A stretch of DNA of 64,000 nt from Tubulanus polymorphus (lineage: Eukaryota; Animalia; Nemertea), in assembly GCF_964204645.1 (NCBI RefSeq), contig NC_134029.1, positions 15,742,950 through 15,806,949 on the forward strand, given 5' to 3'. Made by a program: the position numbers and the translations under genes. The notes under the pieces were generated by a model. That model made no database searches and was not told the DNA's origin. It worked only from the letters and a program-made list of their open reading frames with translations. The first letter of the stretch is position 1, and each line of letters begins with the position of its first letter. Shown one piece after another: positions 41,401 through 54,749 of the stretch.

Positions 41401-44400
41401 ACATTGTCAACATACATATCACGCAATATCTGATCAGCAAATTCACCGCCGTAATTTCGTAAATGGTGAATAAGTGTACTGGACAACATAAAAGGACTAC
41501 AACATGCACCAAAATGGACTCGCTTAAAACGAAAACAATCTAAAAGACTCTCCGGGTCGGTGTGATCACTGAGCCAAAAAAAACCTGGTTACATCCCTGT
41601 CACAAGGGTCCAGTCCAACATGGAGAAACGCCTTCTCTATGTCGGTGATAACACCGAATCGGAAAAGTCAAAAACGCATCAGAATTGATGTTATGTCATT
41701 CAATAAAGGAGGTCCGCTTTCTAAACAATCATTTAGTGAAACTGGATTCGATAACGAACGAGAACTGCAATTAAATACAATCCTGATCGGCGTAGTAGCA
41801 GATTGCCGAAACACAGCGTGATGTGGTATATAGTGGACCTTGCCAAATATTGATTCTCGGGGATCGTCTACCTTCTCGATAAAGTCCTTGTCTAATTGAT
41901 ATTGAAAGATATCATTGTATTTAATACGTAACCCCGGAGAGAGACGTCGTGCAAGAGATCTCGTGCAGGCATAAGCAATACCATAATTACTAGGTAGTAA
42001 TCCGTGGTTTGGTTTCCACGGTAGTTTAGCCGAATAAATACCATCGCCCTTAGAGATATGGGTATCACAATACTGATCGAGAAATGACTTTCTAGAAAAA
42101 TCATTGTTTGGTAGAATACCCATATTTTCTAATGACCAAAATCTCTCTAAGTCAGGAAACTCTGGTTCCGCAATTACACTCAACATATGGACGTCGCCAC
42201 CAGGTGTACCCAACCACGGACCGGTTACAACATAGCCTATTTGGTGCTTACAGCAACCGGGCCACATTCTGACCGTATAACATTGGATTTATGTACGAAC
42301 TGGTAATAAAAGTCTGAACCGACTAGTAATGATACATTGAAAGAATTCGAATCACAGTTCACACTACGAGCTAATGTTATACCCTTGAACTCAGGAATTC
42401 TAGAAAACGATTAAACTGGGACCAACATAGGTTTAGTAATAACAGGAACAACTATGGCATCAAGCTCAATCAGTTCCTCATCGACAGAAATAACCTTCAA
42501 AGTAACAATATCAACTTCTTTGAATCCTGATGATCTTGCACCAAACCTAGACAAGTTATGAAATTCTCGTCTCTTCGTATTTAATTGTAATTGATCAACT
42601 AATGACCGCGTAATGAATGACCTCTGTGATCCGTCATCAAATAATATTCCTGTATTTTCTATAATTATCTGACAGGAAGCAGTTGTCACAGCAGCAACAG
42701 CAGTTTTTCATAAAACCGAACCGTATGATTGTCCTTGAAGAGTAGTAGTAGTGGTTATAACCTGATCTGAAAAATCGTGGTTCTGGTTCTTCTATTCTGA
42801 CCCAACTGCTGACTGCTGTAACTTAAAATCATTCGAATCGATTTTAACATGTAACCCAACAGATTTTTTGAACGGGGTTGCTCCACATAAGCTAGTATGG
42901 TGAGAACCTGAACATGATTAACATTTCATATTAGAAACACAATCTTTCGCCATGTGTTTCCCAAGGCAGTTAAAGCACATGCCGCCTTTTTTCACAATAT
43001 AATACCTGGCAGTCCGATCTTCAATGACGTTACAGCTCGAGGCGTAGTGACGTTCACTGTCACAATACAAACACCGCTTTTGACGATTCGCGAAACGATT
43101 ATACTGTTGCCGGTTTTGATCGCCGTATTGCTGATTCCTGGGTATCGTAGTAGAGGATGTGACCAGTGACGTAGCCGTTGCGTATGGTAACGCATGAAAC
43201 CCTAACGACGCGGTTTGAGCACACGATTCGAGAATCAAAACTTCGCTTGATAAAGCCTGTCGCAATGAACTCAAATCCCATTTCGGACTACCGTTGTGCC
43301 TAATCACATTTCCCCTAACGATATCAGGTACCTTATTCAGGATTATCGGCACAAGTAAGGAACCAAACTTATCAGATGATTCTCCAAGCGACTCCAAGGT
43401 ACGGATATGGGATTCGATTTTATCATTAAACGCTCGCATTGAGACGACATTATTCGATGGTCGTTCTAACTCCAATAATGAATTGAGATACGCTTCAATA
43501 ATCATATGATCTTGCCCAAAACGCTGAACAAGCAGACTTTTCGCAAACGCATAGTTGTCGGACGTTAATTGCAGCCCCTCTAAACACAGTTTGTCGTCAC
43601 CCGACAAATAACACTTCAGGTGACTAAACTTCTCGATATCAGTGAGTGACAATTGCGAATCTACTGATGCGACGAACAGGTCCCAAAAGGAACGCCATTC
43701 CATCACATCTCCGGAGAATACAGGGACGGAGTTTCGGTAGAGAAACTCTCGTAGTTTCTTTCGGACGACAATCTCCCGTTTCTCTCCTTTGAAGAGATAG
43801 CTCACTGAACGCAAATTCCAATTCTGACAATTGCGTACGTCTTTCGTTTAGATAGTCACCTTCGACTATGAAATTTTCCAACGAAACGAATTCTCCAAAA
43901 TCGATGAGCTCGCTGTCCAAATCTTCCAAAAACTTTAACTTCGTATTAGCGGTTTTCAGGGTTGACATACCTTTAACTGGTTCCGACCGTTCTAACGGGT
44001 CCACACATTGCGTATATAATTTTGTAAGCTGACCGCGGTTGGCCTTCCTGATGTCCAATTTCTTATTCGTATCGTACGACATAGTGATTTTAGAACAAAA
44101 ATCGTAGAATAATCTTCCCTGACTCGAGGGACCAAAATGTCGTGACTGTACGACGACTTTTAAACGAATAACCGAACAAACTGAAATCCGATTTAGCAAC
44201 GACGTTTATTCAAGAACTTGCAGCAATATATAAGGTTATTCCACATGACTGATTATAATAAATATTAGAGCAGCGATAGGTTCATTCCGACAAACATATA
44301 CAAACATATTACACGTAAACATAATACACGTGCAAACGTGACACATGGGTATCAAATCGAAAATATAATTGTAAAAGATTTTAGAGAAAACATTACATTT

Positions 44401-44570
44401 TTAGTTTTATTCATTAATAAAGATAGAAAATCAATGAAAAATGCACTTGAGGGAAATTATAGTATTCCACATGATTTACATAAGAATATATGGATAAATT
44501 GAAAAACAATAAAAGATCAAAATTATTATTTCGATTACAACACCCATTTTAATATGAATTAATTTAAACT
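38478..44570 (+). pseudogene. Second partial packaging ATPase, split by the BEL element (38478-38610 and 44349-44570)
   Basis: IDIYKGTNTLFFIDDCANL...GRHFGIKTW, resuming after the LTR with ...KYN..VKDFRENI. Confidence 0.85.
38611..44343 (-). mobile_element. BEL/Pao LTR retrotransposon, structurally complete with decayed ORFs
   Basis: 206-bp TG..CA LTRs (38611-38816, 44138-44343; about 7 substitutions by eye) and 5-bp TSD CATGG. PBS TGGTCCCTCGAG (tRNA-Tyr-like); PPT GGCGGGAG. Gag CFNCLGKH..KDC, protease LFDDGSQRSFI, RT YVDN, RNase H YSDASSRAYG, integrase VDYCGP/SDNATNF/WERLI. Confidence 0.97.
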
Positions 44571-44643
44571 CAACTAGCCTGTTAATCTATTATATTGAAT
44601 TCAACAAGAAATGAATAAAATCAATAATCATTCAACTGGCTTG

Positions 44644-46760
44644 TTAATCTAGCAACTCTAAAACGCAATGCATAACTCGATCATTATCAATCTTAGCACG
44701 GTTCAGGCATTGAAGAGGTTGATGGCAAACTTTGAGAACAAATCTCTTACCCAATAAAAACCTACGAAGACTTTTAATCACCCAGATAATAGACAAAAAA
44801 TCTTCGTAAAAAAATCTTCCCCCGTCATACTCTTGCATAAGTGCTCCACCGATGCCGGTTCGGTTTGTGTGAAGCATCAAAAGATACTATAAACTCACGT
44901 GAAAAATCAGGAAGTTTCAAAACGGGTCTACATATATTTTCTGATTCAGAACTTCAAATGAACAAACAGATTCTGTCGACCACACGAAATTCGAGGGGTA
45001 TCCCTTTTTAGCCAGTTCAGTGAGTGGTGCGACCAAATCTGAATAATTGGAAATATACTTTGCTTGGTAGCCTGTCATAACGAGGAATGAACGTAGTTGC
45101 TTCTTTGTTTTTGGTAACTCGGCATTTAGCACTTTTTCGAATTTGTCTTTCTGACATCTTACCTGCTCATCATTTACCGATTGACCGACGAATTCGACTT
45201 CATAGTCCCCAAACTTACATTTCGTAGGACGAGATTTGAGATTATGAGCTCGTAACCTCTGCACCATTTGTCTAAGCACGTGAAGATGATCAGAGCACGT
45301 GATAGTACCTCCTATCACGTCATCTATATAATCTCTACATTCTCCATGCCCAACAACACCCGCATCATCTTACAGAAATACTGGGCACTATTTGCTAGAC
45401 CAAATGGCATTTCTGTGAACTTCTTTAAACCTTGGGATGTCTGGAAACTTGTAAGATGTCTACAACATTTACACATCGGTATTAGCCGGTTACCTTTACT
45501 TAAATCCAGGAAGAAAGCCACTAAATATTTGGATGGATATATGAAAGCTGTGGGTACTAAAGTGTGTAATGGGTAGTGTAGTGTGATCTGTGTGCATTTT
45601 GGTGGCCAGCACACAGATCACATTGTTCATTGGGGTTTAGTCCAGGACTCGCGAGATTTTCAACAACACGAAAGTAACGTGTAATAAATGATGACTTGAA
45701 TTGCATGACTACCTACCACCCCTCATTATTGTTGGAAAACTAAACGTTCCGCACTGACTAAAAATTAGTAATAATAATCAATAACATTTTAGAAATGGCC
45801 AGAATTTTAACTTAGGTTCTATCTCATTTTTATTTTACAATTGCGATTGGTATAATTTTCTTTTAAACGGCCGTTAAGGCTTCATGTTTCGTCTGCAAAT
45901 CACTGCAAATAGTTACGCAACTACGCACATTTCACTGTTTTTGGCAGCTGTACACTCAATCGGCACCGTTCGTGACTAGCTTCACTGCGGAATTATCATT
46001 AATTAACATCGCCATATCACATCATCAACTTATATTGTGCCTTAAAACCCTAACAGCCGAAATAATTGAAATACACACACGATTTCTATCATTGAAAATT
46101 GAGAGAATGGCCGTGTTTGTGTTCTGCTGCTTCGCGTAAATCCCGCGGGGTGGCGCCACCGCGCGGAGTGGGGCCGATACGTCGAGCTTTGGATAAAACT
46201 TATTACCTCTCATTTTCATTAGAATGTTCTCAGCGTTGGACGTTGGTTCTGCAAAGAACTTGGTAAGAGAATTTAGACGACGATAATCAACACAATACCG
46301 TAACGATAAATCGGGTTTCCCTACTCCTATTGGAGTGCTTGCGAACTCACTATCCGAGTCCTCAATAACTCCCATTCTATTCATCATAGTGACTTCATTA
46401 TCCATCATTTCTTCAAAGGCTAATGGAGTGGCATAAGGTTTGATACGAAATGGAATATCGTCATCCAATTCGATATGCATTTCTTACGAATCGGTTTTAC
46501 ACGGCAAATCAGAGAATACGTCTTTGTATTCTTCAAGTAAACTCCACAAATCCTGTTGAAAAACTTGCATTGTTTCACTTTGGCTTTTGCCAACTCCTCG
46601 TGTGCTAATTAGAGATGGTAGTATAAGCATTAGAATCTTCATGGACTGGGCACTCAAACCTATCTTACCGCAATTTTCTTAATTTAGCAGTTTTCCATGA
46701 ATCGCACGTAGTTTTTCTTTCGAATCAAATAGCAATTATCTTGATTTTCAATTGCATAGT
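44644..46760 (-). mobile_element. Ty3/Gypsy pol remnant (RT/RNase H) interrupted by unrelated DNA at ~45540-46180
   Basis: PFRIKPY, LRYCVDYRRLN, MPFGLANSA, LPKTKKQLRSFL, TGIGGALMQ. Confidence 0.85.
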
Positions 46761-47096
46761 TTAAATCATTGAGGGAGAAACAAGCTTAAGAATCTCGAAT
46801 TTGGTCCCCATTGTGTAATTGCCTTCCAGAAGCACGTGCATCACGTCTAGAACCAAACAATCAGTACTATTGAACCCTCTGATATCTAAAAGGGTTAGAT
46901 CTGAAATTGATCCCGTAGAGTTTCATTCGTTCATGTATTAATATACCCCAGCACACTCGCATTTGCGAGTATTTTGTGAGCGTGCGCGTCTGTTTTAAAA
47001 GAGAAAGGAAAAGGAAAAGAATATGCATAGAAAATATAATTGATAATGATAAAAGAGATAATGTCAATTTTTGAAAATACTTATCAGGATTTCGAA

Positions 47097-47645
47097 TCAA
47101 TCTGGGGTCGCACCACAGATACCAGCCTCCTGAAGGAATTCAGGTGACTGGGTCAGAACAACTGATGCATGGACAGTATTCCATTCAACTATTGTTTTTG
47201 AAAAGAAGGAGTAGTTGTAACCGTCAAGTGTTGCTCTAATGGTCATGAAACCGAGACGATCGCCACGACCTGTGAGACGTGTGGGTTGGATCACATTATC
47301 CGGTAGGAGGACTGCCGTAAACAATTTTATGCATGAGCGTTAGGCGGCTTATTGTTCTGTGCTCTTCGATGGTTGGCCAGCTGAGGGTGGTGAGCCAGGG
47401 GCTGTAATCGTAAAGGACCCACCGTGCACCCTCCGCTCTACTTGTTCAATGGTGCTGATTTGGGACTTGCGATAAGGGTCCCATGACACGGCAATATACT
47501 CGAGCTGTTGGTGAACCAGGGCCTTGTATTCAGTCTCTCTAATTTTAGTGTTTGGCGTTTTGATGTTGCGTTTGATGAAACCGAGGGATTTGTTTGCAGT
47601 TGTGGATATACGTGATACATGATAGTTCCACTTAAGTGAGTGATC
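47097..47645 (-). mobile_element. LINE ORF2 3' fragment
   Basis: ANKSLGFIKRNIK...YKALVHQQLEY..WDP and YSFFSKTIVEWN. Confidence 0.75.
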
Positions 47646-50600
47646 ATTGTCAATTGGCTATGATATAGATTCATAATCAGTGACTGATAATATTCTACAG
47701 GATTTACAGCATTGTACACCTTCGTGCAATTTAAATCAATGGATACGAAACGATTGGAATGTAATTCCTTCACAGAGTGTCTCCGCCATTTTGTTTTCTC
47801 CGTTTGGTTCAGAAGTTTTTCTGTGTGTGGAATATTCTATTTTTCTGCGTCCTGAGGATGATTTAGATATTTATCGATGGATGTGACAGTTTCACTGCTC
47901 TAGATTCCATTTGATGTAAGTATGTGTGGTTCATTCTCCTAATTGATTGTTAAAAGAGATTTTAAACACGCTTTTTAGGACGTTCGTTAGACGAACGTCC
48001 TTATGTGATCGGTTTGCCGGTTGATGACGCACTTCCGATTTGGTTGACAGACGTTTAAGGTCGTTTTAAAGCCAGTTAGTTAGAGATTTCCTCAAATTCC
48101 GCATCAGAAATGGTGTCTTCAAGTTGGGATTGAATTTGGTTAAAAATAGTTGGTTAGTTTTTGCTGTGCCCTCTTGAAAAAATGCTCTTCACGCCGTATA
48201 TGTGACAACATATATGGTGACTTAACTTAATTCCTTGTGAGCGCACAGAGGCCCTGTGAGAATCTAGAGACGTTCGCGGCATTGAAAATTACGCAATGGT
48301 CCGCTCGACACGCACACACATGCTGTCAGTGTCAGTTTGACCTACTGCGTGACTAAATACAGCCGCCATGAATCAGAAGCAATCCACTTCAAATTTTATG
48401 AAGTGAATATCATAATTATTATTTATCCGATATACACCAAAAAAACCTTTAAGAGAAAGGTATTTGGCGTCGGATTCTGTACACAAAATCCCGGATTGTT
48501 ACACTGCAGAGTTTTTTTAGTAGGGTTCTTTTAACATTTTGCCTATAAGCCATTTGATTGACACGTGGGGCGGGGCTTGCGATCTGCCGATGACGTCAGA
48601 TGTAAACAATAATATAACCACGTGCATCGCGCACATGTGTAAACAAACCTGGCAACAAATTAGATTTTTTGGCGCCAAAACTTTTTTGATTTTTTCTTTT
48701 GTCCAATGGTTTTTCAACTGGAGCCAACTGCTATGCCATTAGATTGTACAATCAAGTATTCACGTTTTATAGACTCTCTCTGAAATAATTCTTGTCCAGG
48801 GGACATGTATTGAAATATCTATTGTCGTTGTTTTTGTTTTTGTTTTTAATTTTTAGGATATTAACAGCCTAGAAGAAACATCTTCTGGCAGACACACATT
48901 TGACTACAGATCATATCCTGTTAGGCCTATAAAATGTGTTTAATAAATATTTTACTCAAGTTTTCTTGCCATTAATACTTCCTGACTACTTTTATTTTAT
49001 GGTTATCTAAGTGCAAGGCAAACATTGGTGGGGTTCCTTTGGCCCTCCGAATATATAGGACCAAAAGGGGTATTTTATGCCATTTGGATTTATTTTAGCT
49101 TAGAAAATCTATTCAAATACTTTTTGGCGGCCACATTCAAATTCTGGAGCGTCGGACTAGTCCAACCCCTAAATCCACTTGCATTCAGTCTCATGAGAAC
49201 TAACTTAAAACGTTAAAACCTTCACCGGCCTCCTACTCAATTTTTTGAATAAATGTAAAACTTATGGCAGAATTTATGGTTGATTCCTCGATTTTGTCAT
49301 CGTGCTTTGTCATCCCCAAAGATACGGACTCTGCTTTTCAGGCTTCGGGAGGTCGTTAATGTATATGAGAAAGAGTATCGGGACTGAGCCACTAAAATCC
49401 GGCAGCGAAATAACTATAATCCGACAACTTTTGGATCGGGTGATTTCAGAATTAATTCATTTTGTTATATTTAGAACAAGATTTGGTTGTTGAATAGTTT
49501 AACAATGAACCGCGTTGATCGAACGAGTCGAAAATAGCTGAAATATCCTTAGCAACGGGAGCGAATTCAAAATAACAAGCAATGCCCGCCGGTTCGGCGC
49601 CGCAGGTTCGAATCCCGGAGAATTATTCTCGCGCGCGGAGCAGTCAATCCCAAGCCACGACTAAAGAAACGTTTATTTCATAAACATTTTTATGACCCTT
49701 AAACTGCGGTTGAAGATGCGTTAGAGTCGTACGATTTCCTCAAAATTTCACGGCAGCGCGGTCAGTGGCCCGCTAATCGGCACGTCTCGCCCGAGCAGCA
49801 GCAGCAACATCGCGGTTGGCAAAAAGGTCTCCGCCCCTTCTTTCACCAAATAAGGAATTCTTTACCGCTGGCCACGTGCACTGTTTATTTTGAGCCGTAG
49901 ATTCCCAGTACTCGATATTTCCGGAGGATCAGAAATAAATGAATTATGTTCGCAATTTTTGTATTGACGTACGAATTTTCCTGCTGTATTTAATTCGATT
50001 TTTTCTGGCACAAAAAAAATTTCCGATTGATGTCCAACGCGTTCCATTTTTTCTCACGGTACCGTAATTAAAATATTCGTAGTAATCTTCTCTTCTCAAC
50101 TAAAAATTAATTTAATTTCTTCATTAATTTAATGCTTTGGGCCCAAATCTACAGTACGATTTCAATATGAAACAAAATTGGAGTTATTTTCTTTCCAGTT
50201 TCATTGACAACATTTAATGTGTTCCTTACTAAAGTCACCGACGATATTTTGACAGTGTCTTCTTTGCACCCGTACGTGAATGAGGTTGTTTTCGAATTGC
50301 TATATGATTTCGTGTTATAAAAAACTTAATCAAGCATTGACCGTGGCGTCCGTCACTTAGATTTCATCTATTACATATTATGAAATTAGAATATTTATAT
50401 TCAAATTAATATTATTATTTATATTTATATTAATTTATATTTAAAATTTTTACATCTGTTACTTATCAAATTTTAGAATTGATTTTTTTTTGTATAGCTG
50501 TTGCTAAATTAAGTTGAGAATTAATTATGGAAGCATGGTATTGGGGTTAATAGATAAGCTTTCCCTGATTCAAGGGCCAGTTTTATAGTTCACACCGGGA

Positions 50601-51240
50601 ACCGAGGATAAACAAGAAGATTTAATGACTAAAACCAGCTGTCGCAGTATATTTACTATTAGAAATATACCTTGTTCTGGAATAAATTGATGTATTTGAT
50701 TTAATTACGACGAAGACAAAAGCACGCGGGTATTCCCGATTTCCTGGTACAAGGTCACTGTTTCATTCATATTGCAGATTGGCAGAAGAGTAAGTATGGC
50801 AATGAATCTAAATTGATCATGTCTACGACTCGGCAGTTCTTTCATAACGTTGATTCCTCAGGACACAGTCGGATTAATTGCAGATAGTGATGTATTCAGG
50901 ATATTCCAATCGGATATGGTTTTAAGGGGGCCAATTTACGACTTTTAACAGTGAGGTTGTATTCATAGTTCTGATAATGAATTGCATGATAAAGAAATGG
51001 CTTCTGACTTCGATGATATTTTCATGGATCCATCAAATTTTTTGTCGACTCATAATCGATAACATTCACAGGAATGCGTTGGCAAAATGGAAGTTGGCCG
51101 GTGATCGAACTAGCCGCCCCTTATGGCGATAGGCGTTGGTGCTGGCATCTAAGCGCTCCGGAAATAAATAATTACGATATATCAACTGACTTACAACATC
51201 ACTTTAAGTTAAGCTATTATGGGGAAATAAAAAATTACGT

Positions 51241-51306
51241 CTTGGTAATTTCGAACCTGCCGACTCTTGTACATCAATACATCGTCTTAACCACTCGGCT
51301 ACCGGG
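51241..51306 (-). mobile_element. tRNA-like SINE head
   Basis: A box TAGCCGAGTGG and B-box-like GGTTCGAAAT; no proper cloverleaf. Confidence 0.55.
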
Positions 51307-51805
51307 TTTTGCCAAAGAACTGATGGTTTTCTCTCAATTGGATGTGCCGACACGTTATTAAAATTGTGCCACTTCTAGACAAATGTTTCATTCTATCGAG
51401 TTTGTATCTACATTTGCGTATGATTGATTCTAAGTAAAATGTTTCAAGGCATTCTAACTTATGCTTTCAGAGCGCTGTAAATCCCATCACATTGATTAGA
51501 ACATTTACCGAGTAGTAGCTGAACCTGAGAAATAATACATTTTGTGAAATCTTTCTGGGTGGAAATGGCATAAGAAAGAATACTCAACGGAATTAGAAGA
51601 GGGTTTTACAAATGGGTCACGAATGTGACTGCACTTGTATCAAATAATGACCCAATGTGATATTTTTCCGGTTGAAATCATGTACAATGTTATCCCAAAC
51701 TATCAAGTGTAAAAAATAGAAAAACTTGTGTCTAGTTATCATCAACAGCATGTGTGAATACGTGCGGAATCGGATCGTTCATCTCATTAACACACTATTT
51801 TTCAG

Positions 51806-52049
51806 ACATTGTGTGACCTTCGCAAGTACGCCACTGGTGGGAGATTTATCAGTAAAAAACAGGGAATTTGTCGGAGAAGATCTTCCTCACGTTGCAGCAC
51901 CAGAAGGGTCTGATGGCCTTCCTGACGAAGAGGGCTGTTATAACTGTGATGGTAATACCGATGGCACTAGAAATGCTCGACGAACTAAGCGAGATGCAAA
52001 CGTAATAGATCTGCCCCATAGGATTTCGAAAAAGTCAATTGAAGCTCTG
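51806..52049 (+). CDS. FBN: Fibrillin exon: C-terminal unique region with furin site (3' boundary 52049 or 52053)
   Basis: tttttcag|A CAT TGT completes ...GRG-HCV from the 12008-12113 exon (phase 2). Encodes ...EEGCYNCDGN...ARRTKR-DANV, equivalent to fibrillin EACYEC...RKRR. Donor CTG|gtgggt. Confidence 0.88.
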
Positions 52050-52199
52050 GTGGGTAAAACCTTTTTATCACAATAAATACAAAATTTTCATTCAATGGAT
52101 TGTCATGATATCGAATTCAATTTCAGTTATACTTCATTATTGTTATACTTTGTTATTTTTCTTCACAGCAATAAGATGTAGATATGAGATGTCAATAGT

Positions 52200-53110
52200 A
52201 GTAATTGTATAAATAGGGGTTCAGATCAAAGGTCGAGAGGTCGAGCTCATAAAAATGAAAAATAAATTCTTGCACGCTCGATTTCATTTTTCATTTTTAC
52301 TCGCCCTTCTCTCAACCTTTAATCTGAACCCCTATTTATACAATTACTCTAATAATTCCATATATTAAAAGTTTAAGTAAAGTGATAGCATAATAATCTA
52401 GATAAATAAGATCAAATATAGATTTCGAATAATAAAAAATCAATTTTTAAACATAAAATGTGTGAGTAAAGTGTGAGTGAAATAATTCATATTTAAAACA
52501 TTTATTATACATATTTTTTTACTAAATTGATTTTAGAAGTTATTCATTTATATGTTATTCATGTATATAAATATTTTAAGAGTAATAGGGGTAATGGGCT
52601 TTCAGGTTAAATAATTCTCGCACGCTCGAATTTATTTTTCACTTTTTATGAGTTTCACTCCTAATTCAAATAGAAATTATTGTTATTGTCATATTTTTCC
52701 ATTTTTTATGAGCTCGACCTTTCGACCTTTGATCTGAAAGCCCATTACCCCTATTACTTTTGTTTGTCCATTTTCTGAAAATCATAGCAGATAGGCATCT
52801 GGTTTGGGGCAAAATGACAGAGTGGATTGAAGCTTAAACCGTTCAAAGTTGAAATAGTCTATATTTGGACTTTTGATAGATAGTAGAAAATCTCTTTTTT
52901 CTTTCATTTGACCATTTAAATGAAAACAAAGAGCGGCCGCGGCTGTGTTTAAGACGTGTGCGGCTCCGGCCGGGACCGGGGCCGGGACCGTGTTTCAGAC
53001 GTGTGGCGGCGGCCGCGGCCTGGGCCGGGCCGTGTTTCAGACCCTACCTTTTTGGCATGAGCTTTTATGAGCTCGACCTCTCGATCTGAACCCCTATTTA
53101 TACAATTACT
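52200..53110. mobile_element. Non-coding miniature Polinton derivative
   Basis: TIR AGTAATTGTATAAATAGGGGTTCAGATC at both ends; flanks AATAGT / TATAGT (6-bp TSD with one mismatch); contains a second subfamily's terminus at 52520-52758. Confidence 0.8.
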
Positions 53111-53309
53111 TATAGTAAATCAGAAAAAATGTCTTAACCCTGGTGGAAAGGATTAGAACCGTACACTGCGGGCTTTTTGACATCAGATGCCTCCGAAATA
53201 GAATATTTATGCTAAATGCCTTTAATGAACGTTTTATTACAGGGAAATAAGATTTGACTAATAGTTCTTCAACCATAAAGATCGAGCTGTATTTTATCAC
53301 ATGGATATA

Positions 53310-53800
53310 AGTAATTACAAAATCAGGGTTTCATACCAGATGTCGAGAGGCCGACAAATCACTCATCACCACTCATCACCACAATAAATATTTTTTCCTA
53401 ATAAATGGGAGACAAAAAACATTCATAACATTAAAAAATAATAGAATAAAAGCATCAAAGCAACAATATGAAATGAAAAAAATTAGTCGATGTTTCACAA
53501 AAAATATCTAACATAAAATACTAAAATTAGGAAAAAATTAAAACTAAATATGGGGAAAAAATATCAGCAAATTAAAAAATAAAAATAAATTTTTCAAACT
53601 TTTAAATATAAAATTGTTTATACAATAATAACATTTTAGAAAATGAAAAGTGTGAGTAAAATGTGAGTAAAAATAATTTAGATTGTAAGATATTAAAAGT
53701 GTGAGTAAAATGTGAGTAAAAATGATTTAGATTTTAAGATATGGAAAGTGTGAGAAAAGCGTGAGTAAAATAATTTAGATTTTTCAATATAATGTATAAT
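53310..53800 (+). mobile_element. Further degenerate Polinton-type end with TGTGAGTAAAA tandem units
   Basis: AGTAATTACAAAATCAGGGTTTCATACCAGATGTCGAGAGG resembles the other termini; the GTGTGAGTAAA units also occur at 52460-52485. Confidence 0.55.
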
Positions 53801-54749
53801 TTACATCTAGACGGAACAATTTCAACGAACTCAAAGTTCATAGACGGCGTATACGCTCTCTTTATTTCAACACGTGTTTCTCAGTCCGCGAGCAGAATCT
53901 AGATCAACTTTGAATTCATCGTTGGCTCCTCCGAATTAATAACACGACTTCATTCACCCACTTCAAAAATCACCACTGAATAACTGTGCGATATATCATT
54001 TCGATTCAACCACTGATCCAACATCGGGTGAGTGAGTCCTGTCGCGGACGCCAAAATGTGACAGGCTGGTTGCCCGTGTACTCTTATGTGTGCTCTTGCG
54101 GCTCCTGTCGTAGGTTCGGACTCCCGTTCAACTTGACAATGGTCGAAGTCTTCCGAGGAGGTGGGAACACGTCCCTATGTGATCCTCTGAAGAAAAACGG
54201 CTAAATGAATCATCAATAGTCTTTCTAAAGATATAATATATTTCTTTACAATTGATCCCTCGAGCATGGCAGCCTCTGATCATCTAACATATAAATATTA
54301 ATAACCATTTTATCACACTGACTTACAATACATAGCACCAATTCAATTTACACAGACGAGAGGTAGCCATGTTGAATTTGCCAAAAATTGAATTATTCAA
54401 CTTTAAAAGAATAAGAATAGATAATTATCACCTGAAGAAGAGCGAATAAGTAAATTATCAATAGTCATTCTAAAGATATAATTCATTTCTTTACAATTGA
54501 TCTCTCAAACGTGGCGGTCACTGATTATCTGAAAACGCCACCTATTAGGAAAACTAAATACTGGTCCTATCGGGTATATACTGATCCAATACTGCCATAA
54601 CGAAACAAAAACACATACCCAGACATCAAATGTCGGCTATCACATTCCCAAAATAAATGGATTCCGTCTTCGGACGACGAGTGTAAAGTTAATGCAATTG
54701 TCCGCTGCGATTTAAGCCCAAGTGGGCTAAAAAGCAAAACCGGTTTGCT

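Noticed and set aside
45582-45622. 14-bp perfect hairpin as a Helitron 3' end
   Set aside because: No CTRR terminus at the expected distance; origin unclear.
51241-51306. Possible tRNA gene (also B-box-like sites at 28400 and 49605)
   Set aside because: A/B boxes are present but there are no consistent acceptor or anticodon stems; better explained as SINE heads.
53640-53790. CRISPR-like periodic repeats
   Set aside because: The spacers are themselves near-identical, there are no cas genes and the context is eukaryotic.
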